Source: a virus (taxonomy: Duplodnaviria > Caudoviricetes). Taken from it: 64,000 nucleotides of DNA. The notes under the pieces are model-generated. The model searched no databases and was not told where the DNA came from. It saw only the letters and a list, made by a program, of their open reading frames with translations. How positions within the stretch are numbered: the stretch's first letter is position 1; each line of letters starts with the position of its first letter. Of this stretch, positions 19,359 to 29,200 are shown in pieces. The translations under genes were made by a program, and so were the position numbers. The DNA lies in the IMG/VR virus record IMGVR_UViG_3300042306_000967, positions 1-64,000 of that record. One strand, 5' to 3'.

Positions 19359-20258
19359 TTATTTCCAAATTGTAGGTATTGAAGCGTAATTTGATAAGTT
19401 TATACAATTTCTAAAAGCATCAGTTCCAAATGGAGTAGGAACTCTATTCCATAATTCCGGCGCAGTTCCTGTCATTGCATTGGCCGTTGTTGCCATATTA
19501 TATACGTTTACAAAAGTACTAACCGAAGTATTATAAGTAAATTGTAAAGGTTGAGTTATAGCATAACAGTTTCTAAAAGTTGAAGCAAAACTAATTGCAT
19601 TTACATTCAAATCAAAAAGAGTTGATGGTACTGTACTCAATGAAGTACATGTACTAAAACATGCTGCAAAGTTTGTAGCTGATGTATTTTCGTCAAATAA
19701 TCCAGTAGGTATTGATGTAATTGGTGTATTTGTAAAAGTATCGGTAAAAGTAGTTGCATTTGGAGAATACGCAAATAAATCAGAAGGTATTGATGTTATT
19801 CCAGTATTTCTCATAAAACTGGCAAATGTAATAACCTCTGCCAATCCCGTATAACCACCTACTCCACTTAATGAAGCACTACCAGGTATTGTAGTTAAAT
19901 TAGAACAACCATAAAAATCTATCGCTCTCAATCCAACAGTACCCCATTGAATCAATGCAACAATAAGAGGACGAATTGACGTGTTATTATTAACTTTAAA
20001 AGATGGCATAAAACCACTTATACTAATATCATATGTACCGGCACTAACGTATGTATGTGTTTTATCCACATCGGTAGAAGATGTTATTGTATTAGAATTT
20101 CCATCTCCCCAATTTACATTAAAGGTAGGAGTGAATCCAGCATAATCGGCAATAGGTAAAGTAAAAACGGTATTAGCAGATGTTGTAGTAATTCTGATAA
20201 TGAATGGGAACTCTTGTCCCCCTTCCGCTGATGTTATCAATCTTCTAAAAATTCCCAT
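19359..20258 (-). CDS. PKD-like domain plus BspA/LRR-like repeat protein (possible fibre-tip adhesin)
   Basis: VNWGDG...HTY.SAGTYDISI (PKD-like); repeats ITSIPSDLF.....TTF..TF, LSTVPSTLFDLN. Confidence 0.7.
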   Translation of the reverse strand: MGIFRRLITSAEGGQEFPFIIRITTTSANTVFTLPIADYAGFTPTFNVNWGDGNSNTITSSTDVDKTHTYVSAGTYDISISGFMPSFKVNNNTSIRPLIVALIQWGTVGLRAIDFYGCSNLTTIPGSASLSGVGGYTGLAEVITFASFMRNTGITSIPSDLFAYSPNATTFTDTFTNTPITSIPTGLFDENTSATNFAACFSTCTSLSTVPSTLFDLNVNAISFASTFRNCYAITQPLQFTYNTSVSTFVNVYNMATTANAMTGTAPELWNRVPTPFGTDAFRNCINLSNYASIPTIWK

Positions 20259-20263
20259 AACTA

Positions 20264-23200
20264 TTAACTAAAATTTTTACCACTTACAAATCCATAATAT
20301 GTAGTACCACCATCATAAGTATAGAATACTAAAATATCAGTTCCAACAGAAGTTAGTGTTGGTGCACTTCCACCCGCCCAATCAACATTTACTGGCCAAG
20401 TTATTGTGTATGCTCCCGCATTTACAGTAACCAACGTAAATCCAAATGCGTTTGAAGCAGGTGCGTTACTAAATGCAACACTCGCATTACCATTAAATTG
20501 TCTTCTGAAGTTGTTACCTGTTGAAAGGTCTAACGTTACACTTCCACCGGTTCCTTGGTCAGAATATGTTTCTCTAAATGTATTTGCCGCAATAGATGTT
20601 GTTGATATTACATTACCGGTTACAGTTAATGTACTACCATTAAATGTTAAATTTGATTCAACGTTTGCTCCAAATGCAACAGCATTGTAAGTTAATATAC
20701 CATCTTCGGTATTACCAGATAATGGGAAACCAGATGTTCCAGATGTTCCAGATGTAAATCCAGGTGCAGATGTACCAGATGTACCACTTTGTCCAGATGT
20801 ACCAGATGTAAATCCTGGAGGTGTTGTACCGGATGTACCAGATGTACCGGTTTCACCAGATGTACCAGATGTACCAGATGTGAAACCAGGAGGTGTTGTA
20901 CCAGATGTACCCGCAGTACCACTTTCTCCAGAACTACCAGATGTTCCCGATGTAAAGCCCGGAGGTGTTGTACCAGATGTACCAGATGTACCGGTTTCAC
21001 CAGATGTACCAGATGTAAAACCTGGAGGTGTTGTACCAGAAGTACCAGATGTTCCTGCTTCACCGGTTGCGTTTGTACCATCTTTACCAGATGTACCACT
21101 ACTACCAAAATATGTTCCATCAAATCCAGAAGTTCCAGATGTACCATTCGTACCTAATCCAGAAGTTCCAGATGAACCACTCTCTCCAGATGTTCCAGAT
21201 ACTCCAGAAGTACCACTACTTCCAAATAACGTACCATCTTTACCAGATGAACCAGATGTACCCGTAGTTCCACTCACACCAGATGTGCCACTTTCTCCAG
21301 ATGAACCCGAAGTACCACTTACTCCAGAAGTTCCTGATGAACCAAAGTATGTTCCATCAAATCCGGAAGAACCAGATGTACCAGATGACCCGGATGTACC
21401 CGATGTGCCACTTTCTCCAGATGTTCCTGCAGTTCCACTTTCTCCAGAAGTTCCAGATGAACCAAAGAATGTACCATCTTTACCAGAAGTTCCAGATGAA
21501 CCAGAAGAACCAGCACTACCATCAGTTCCACTTATTCCAGAACTACCCGATGTGCCACTTTCACCGGATGAACCAGAAGTTCCAGATGAACCAAAGTATG
21601 TTCCATCTTTACCAGAACTACCCGATGTACCACTTACACCAGAAGTACCACCCGTTCCTGCACTTCCCGATGAGCCAGTTGAACCAGATGAACCCGATGT
21701 GCCACTACTACCTGATGTTCCAGAAGAACCAAAGAAAGTTCCATCTTTACCAGATGTACCACTTTCACCAGATGTACCAGAAGAACCAGATGTACCATCG
21801 GAACCTGATGTACCCGATGTGCCACTTTCTCCAGAAGTACCAGAAGAACCAGATGAACCTTCTGCCGAAGTACCAGATGAACCAGATGAGCCTCCGGTGC
21901 CACTAGTACCACTTTCACCAGAAGTACCACTACTTCCAGAACTTCCTGCTGAACCACTTTCTCCAGATGTACCTGATGTACCATGAGAACCAAAGAATGT
22001 TCCGTCTAAACCAGATGTACCCGAAGTACCATCTTGTCCAGATGAGCCAGATGAACCACTACTTCCTGATGTACCCGAAGTGCCATCTTGTCCAGATGTA
22101 CCAGAAGAACCAAAGAATGTTCCATCTTTTCCACTTGTTCCAGAAGTGCCATCGGTACCCGATATACCAGATGAACCAGATGAGCCGCTACTTCCTGATG
22201 TACCCGTTGTACCAGAACTTCCAAAGAAAGTTCCATCCAATCCGCTTGTACCAGATGTGCCGCTTTCACCAGATGTTCCAGATGTTCCTGTTTCACCGGA
22301 TGTACCATCGGTACCAGATGTGCCAGTTGAACCCGAACTACCACTACTTCCAAAGAATGTTCCATCTACACCACTTGTTCCAGAAGAACCAGAAGTGCCA
22401 GATGTTGCTGATGTTCCAGAACTACCAGATGACCCGGATGTTCCCGAACTTCCAAAATATGTTCCATCTAAACCAGAACTTCCTGATGTACCAGATGAGC
22501 CACTGCTTCCAGAACTACCAGATGAACCACTACTTCCACTGCTTCCAGAAGTTGCAGATGTACCGGATGAACCAGAACTTCCAGATGTACCAAATGAACC
22601 ATCGGTACCAGAACTACCCGATGAACCTGCAGTACCAGTTGAACCAGATGTACCTGAAGTGCCATCTGCTCCTGAACTTCCACTACTTCCACTGCTTCCA
22701 GATGAACCAGATGAGCCAGTTGTACCAGATGAACCACTACTTCCACTTGAACCACTACTTCCAGATGTGCCATCAGTACCAGATGTACCAGATGAGCCAC
22801 TACTTCCAGATGTTCCATCAGAACCAGTTGTACCAGATGAGCCACTGCTTCCAGATGAACCAGATGAACCAGCACTACCACTACTTCCTGAACTTCCACT
22901 TGAACCAGAGCTACCAGATGTACCTGCAGAGCCGTTCGTACCAGAAGTTCCTGCCGAACCAGATGAACCACTACTTCCAGAAGTTCCTGATGAACCATCT
23001 TCTCCGGATGTACCAGAGCTTCCCGATGTACCAGATGAACCTGCTGAACCAGTTGTACCAGAACTACCAGAAGTACCAGTTGTACCAGATGAACCACCAC
23101 TACCATCGGAACCAGATGACCCGGATGTTCCAGAGCTTCCCGATGTTCCTGCTGAACCAGCACTACCAGATGAGCCAGAGGTTCCTGATGTACCAGATGA

Positions 23201-26200
23201 ACCCGCAGTACCACCAGTACCAGAAGATGCCGATGTACCACTACTTCCCGATGTGCCTCCACTACCAGATGAACCAGAAGTTCCAGATGTGCCGCTTGTG
23301 CCAGAGGTTCCAGAACTTCCTGATGTGCCGGCAGTACCGCCACTACCAGATGATGCGGATGTACCACTACTACCCGATGTACCAGAGGTTCCAGAGCTAC
23401 CAGATGTTCCCGATGACCCGGATGTTCCAGATGAACCAGAACTTCCAGATGAACCAGATGTACCAGAAGTACCAGAAGTTCCTGCAGAACCAGTTGAACC
23501 AGAGCTACCAGATGAACCACCACTTCCAGATGAACCGGATGTACCACTACTACCAGATGTTCCTGAACTACCCGATGAACCAGATGTGCCAGATGTGCCA
23601 CTGCTTCCCGAAGTTCCCGATGAACCAGATGACCCGGATGTTCCAGATGAACCAGAACTACCATCTGAACCGGAAGTACCAGATGTGCCACTCGTGCCGC
23701 TACTACCCGATGTTCCAGAAGAACCAGATGAACCAGATGTTCCACTACTTCCAGAACTACCAGATGAGCCTGAACTTCCAGATGAACCAGATGAACCTGA
23801 TGTTCCAGTTGTTCCAGAACTTCCACTACTTCCTGAACTACCAGATGAACCCGATGAACCATCTATACCAGAACTTCCACTGCTTCCTGAACTACCAGAT
23901 GAACCGGAACTTCCAGATGTACCAGATGTTCCCGTTAATCCGGATGAACCAGAACTACCAGATGAACCACCTGTTCCAGATGAACCAACCGCCGCTGCTA
24001 CGTTTCTATATCCTAATTTTTTAGTTATTGGGTCCCAAGTTACAACCTCATCATATGATGCTGATACAATTCCACCAAGCATTATACTACCACTAACCCC
24101 TAAACTTCCACTAATTGTAAGTGATGCGTTTATTGTTTGGTTTGTATTAATGTTTAAGAATGAAGATGTATCGGTATTTGCAGAATTAAGTGCAAATGAA
24201 GCAGTTAATGCATTTATAGAATAAGAAATACTATCCATTCCCAACGGCCCATCTACACCGGTTGATAATATATAAGATGCGGTTTGAGAACTTTGTGCCG
24301 CTCCACCGTTGATTGTTACTAATACGCCATCAGAACCAGATGAAATCACATCTACCCCAGAACCACTAAAGTTTATCTTTGCAGTTTGAGATTTTACTAA
24401 TGAACCAGTGTGATAAATAAACAATTCAGTTCCACCACCACCGCCATTTAATGCATAAGATGCAGTTAATGCGTAAGAAGAACTTACAGCACTAAACACA
24501 CTCATTGATGCGGTTTGATTATTTCTCACATATTGTGATGCATCTCCTAATGATGCAGATAATGATGCTAAAGATGCAGAATCAAATCCTTGAACAGATA
24601 CTGCGAATTCCGCTCTACGTGCATATGATGCAGAAAGAACTTCACCAAATACTCTATCACCAGTTATTGTACCATTGATTAATGAACCACCACTACCAAT
24701 TACAACATGTCCGGAAGTTAATCCAGCAAATTTAATTTGAACAGTATCTTCATCAATTGATTTAACAGTTCCAGGTATTATTTGGTCTTCCGAACCAGTT
24801 GCGTACACTTGAACCACAGGATAACGAATTCCTAAATTGTGTACAATCGTTAAATCACTTACATTATTAAATGATACGGTTTCAGTTAATGATGTTTCAG
24901 GTTGAGGTACAAAGTATCCTCTATTCTCATCAAATCTTAAAATATCGTATTCCGCACTTGCAGTAGGTCCTACTCCTTGAAAATTATATGTACCCAAGAA
25001 CGAACCACTAATAGTTGGTGCAAATATTGTACCACTTGCAGATATATTATGTGCAGTTATATCATATACAACATTTAAATCACCATCTATTGATGCCGAT
25101 GTACTTACTCTAAATCCTAAATCAGGAGATATTTCAGCAAATTGAGAACCTGATTTTAATATTGATGTTTCAAACGCTAAGTTGGCAATATTAATGTTTC
25201 TTAAACCACTACCATCACCAACATATCTACTACCAGATTGAAGTACAACATCGGAACCAGTTACAAATATCGCACCACTTACTGCTAATGAGCCAGAGAA
25301 TATTCTAACCGATGTGTTTATTTCTAAACCTTTGTTTGGAGAAATTACAGCTTCAACAGATCCAGATATAATTCTATCTAATTGTAAATCTTCTAATGCT
25401 TCCGCAGGGATGTTAAATAATCCACTACCATCTCCATCATATCTTGCAGCGGTAATTGGTACGTTTACATCTAATTTAGTTGGGTCAATAATTGCTCTTG
25501 CAGAACCCGAATTAATTTTATCTAATTCTAAATTTTCAATCGCTTCAGGTGGAATATTAAATAATCCACCACCATCACCGATGAATAAAGATGCGGTTAA
25601 TGAACCAGTAATTGAAACTGAACCGGTGAATTGAGAACCAATTTGAGAACCAGTTTTTGCAGTTACTACTATAAACATATCACCACTTTGTACCGATGCA
25701 GTCGCAGAACCACTTGCTATCAATGGAGCCGCTGCCGCTTGTACATTCGTTAAGAATCTACCATCACCATAAAGGAAATCAGATACAAATATTGAACCAC
25801 TTACTGCAACAGATCCTGTAAATTCAGAACCAATTTCTGAACCAGTTGCCGCAGTTATTACTCTAAAATCAAATCCGTTTGCTACCGATGCGGTTGCCGA
25901 ACCACTTGCGATGAATGGTGCTGCTGCCGCAACTACATTTGTAATATATCTACCATCACCGAATAAGAAATCACTAGCATATAAAGAACCGCTAACTGAA
26001 ATAGAACCGGTAAATTCCGAACCTATTTGAGAACCCGTCTTTGCCGTTACAACTATAAATGATTCACCACTTGCTACCGATGCTGTTGCACTACCACTCG
26101 CTATCAATGGAGCTGCAGCGGCTTGTACGTTTGTAATATATCTACCATCACCATACAAGAATTCGGTTGCTCTAATACTTCCACTAACTTCAACCGAACC

Positions 26201-29200
26201 GGTAAATTGAGAACCAACAAGACCACCAGTAAATGGTGTAATAACTTTAAATCCTTCATCCGGTGAAACCGATGCGGTAACTGAACCAGATTTGATTTCA
26301 GTTGATATTAACGCATCTTCAGTCAATGCAGAACGAGGTATATTTCTCAAGTAAGTACCTTCACCATAATACGAAGAACCAGAACTTAAAAATAAACCAC
26401 CACTTACAATTTCATTTATATATAAACTTCCACTTATAGATAAAGAACCGGTAAATTGTGCACCAATTTGAGTACTATATGAACCAGATTCATCAACAGA
26501 AGATGTAAATGCAGTTTCAACTCTAAACCCATAATCAGGAGAAACTGAAGCAGTTACTGAACCCGATTTGATTTCAGTTGATATTAATGCATCTTCGGTA
26601 AGTGCAGAACGAGGTATATCAAAGAATAATCTACCAGATGAACTAATGAATGAACCACTAGCCATAAAGATACTACCACTAAAAGTAGAACCACTTTCCA
26701 ATGATTCAACTAAAAATCCTCTTTCCGGTGTTACAGATGCAGTAATACTACCAGTTGCAATACGGAATACTTCTTCCGATAATGCAGAACGTGGAATATC
26801 AAATAATCCTCTACCACTTCCAGTAAACATTGAAGCAGATATAGGACCAGATACATTTAAACTACCCGTAATTTGTGTATCACCTACAAATCTTATCTCC
26901 GATGGTATTTCCAAGAAATCAACTATATTAAGTTGTCCCACCATTGACGAATGTAACTGACAATTATAATATAAAACATTAGGTGAACCAGAATATGGAG
27001 TGAATATAATATCTCCACTATCATCACCGTTATTCGTAATACTTTGACTTACATTGTTAGATGTACCAGTTGAATTTGTAAATTTAATCCATAAAGGATG
27101 CCCTACAGCATTAACATTAAATGTATATTCTACACCTCTTACTAAAGTTAGGGTTGGATTTGAACCAGATACTAAACCATTACTTACAACATACGCACTA
27201 CTTCCATTGTTTGTTACATATATTGTTGTATCTATTAATTCAGTAGGTAATGGTCTTGCCGAAGATGATACTACAAAACTACCATCAATTCTAGAATGAA
27301 CATTTACTTCAAACCCGTTATTAGGTGAAATAGATGCAGTTGCACTACCACTAAATATTTTTGTTGAATCAATTGATAAATTAGCTAATGAAATGTTAGA
27401 AAGGTATCTACCATCACCAATAAAATAAGAACCACTTGTTGAAGTTACATCACCTCTTACTAAAAGACTTCCACTTATGTCAACACTTCCAGTAAATTCA
27501 GAACCACTATCTGCAGATTTTACTCTAAATCCAAAATCAGGAGAAACCGATGCGGTTACACTACCACTTGCTATTTTATTTGGTGCAAATGATAAAGCAG
27601 ATTCAGGTATATCAAATAAGTTTCTACCAGAACCACTAAAAGATGAACCACTTTGTAATTCTATATTACCATATGCAAATATACTTCCACTAACATCAAT
27701 TGAGCCAGAAAATTCAGAACCTAATAAAGTAGATTGAACAATGAATCCTCTATCAGGTAATGCAGATGCTGTTACCGAACCGGAAGCAATTCTAAATATT
27801 TCTTGCGATAATGCAGAGAATGGTATATTAGTTAATCCAGCACCACTACCACTAAATACCGATGCAGAAACACCAGATTTAAATAATGATGATTGATTTA
27901 CTACAAAAGAACCAGTTACAACTAAATTAGATTTTATATCAGTTGAACCGGTTACAATTAAATAATCTCTAATAGTTACACCGGTATTTACCAAAAATCC
28001 TTTATCAGGAGAAATAGATGCAGTTGCCGAACCACTAAATATTTTTGATGTATCTAAATCAGATATTGCCGCTACAGGTATATCAAATAATTTTTTACCA
28101 CTACCACTAAAAGATGAACCAGTTATTACTCTTACCTCTCCATAAAATGTAGAACCACTTTCTATTGAAGTTACTACGAATCCTTGATTTGGAGCCACCG
28201 AAGCGGTTACACTACCACTAACAATTTTCTCACTAAATAATGCATCAGGAGCAAGTGCTGTTCTCGGTATATTAAATAATCTTTCTCCACTACCACTAAA
28301 AGATGAGCCAGATGATATTTCTACACTTCCACTTACTAATATTGATGATGAAAATTCTGCTCTGTTAGCCCCTTCTAATCTAAATCCATATACAGGAGAA
28401 ACAGATGCAGTTACAGATCCAGATACAATTCTCGTTCCTTCTATTGATGGTACATTTCTTAATCTACTACCATCACCTTCAAAAGAACCGCTAAATTCAG
28501 GTGAAAATATTCTTTCCGCAGTAAGTGAACCAGATACTCTAACACTACCGGTTATATCACTACCTCTTTGTAAAGATTCAACTCTAAAGCCATAATCAGG
28601 AGAAACCGATGCAGTTACACTACCACTTGCAATTCTATATGCATCACCGGTAAATGCCGATTGTGGAATATCAAATAATCCTCTACCACTACCAGAGAAG
28701 AATGAACCACTTCCTAAAAATACACTACCACTTACCCCTAAACTTCCTGTTATATTAGTTTTTCCAATAAATGTAATTTCTGCAGGTATTTCAATTGCAT
28801 TCACAACATTGATAGCGCCTTGCATTGCACTATGAAACTGACAAGTGTAATATAAATTACTAGGTGTCAATTCATCTAAACTAAATATAATAGTTCCACT
28901 ATCAGTTCCATTATTTGTAACACCAGTGTTGTATGCACCATCCGTTCCGGTTTGAATACTTCCAGATTTTATCCAAAACGGATGCCCACTTGCATTTATA
29001 TTAAAGGTATATGTAACACCTCTTACTAATGTTAATGTTGGATTTGATGCACTTATTGCGTTACTAAACACATATGCACTAAATCCATTATTTGTTACAT
29101 CAAATACGGTGTTTAACGATTGACTTGGAATTGCATAGTTTGAAGATGAAACAATCATACTTCCACTAAACTTACTATAAACGTTTACATTAAATCCCTT

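Noticed and set aside
20728-23987. Possible CRISPR array or non-coding tandem repeat
   Set aside because: The 9-nt periodicity is degenerate at third codon positions and lies within an ORF; there is no constant repeat with unique spacers and no cas gene.
16041-24224. Long + strand ORFs (704, 714, 685, 368 aa; PEEPDVP- or MNQ-rich) and alternative minus-frame VHLV-rich ORFs
   Set aside because: These are shadow frames of the Gly-Ser/Thr tracts, whose codons lack stops in other frames. They start and end with the repeats and have no independent signals.
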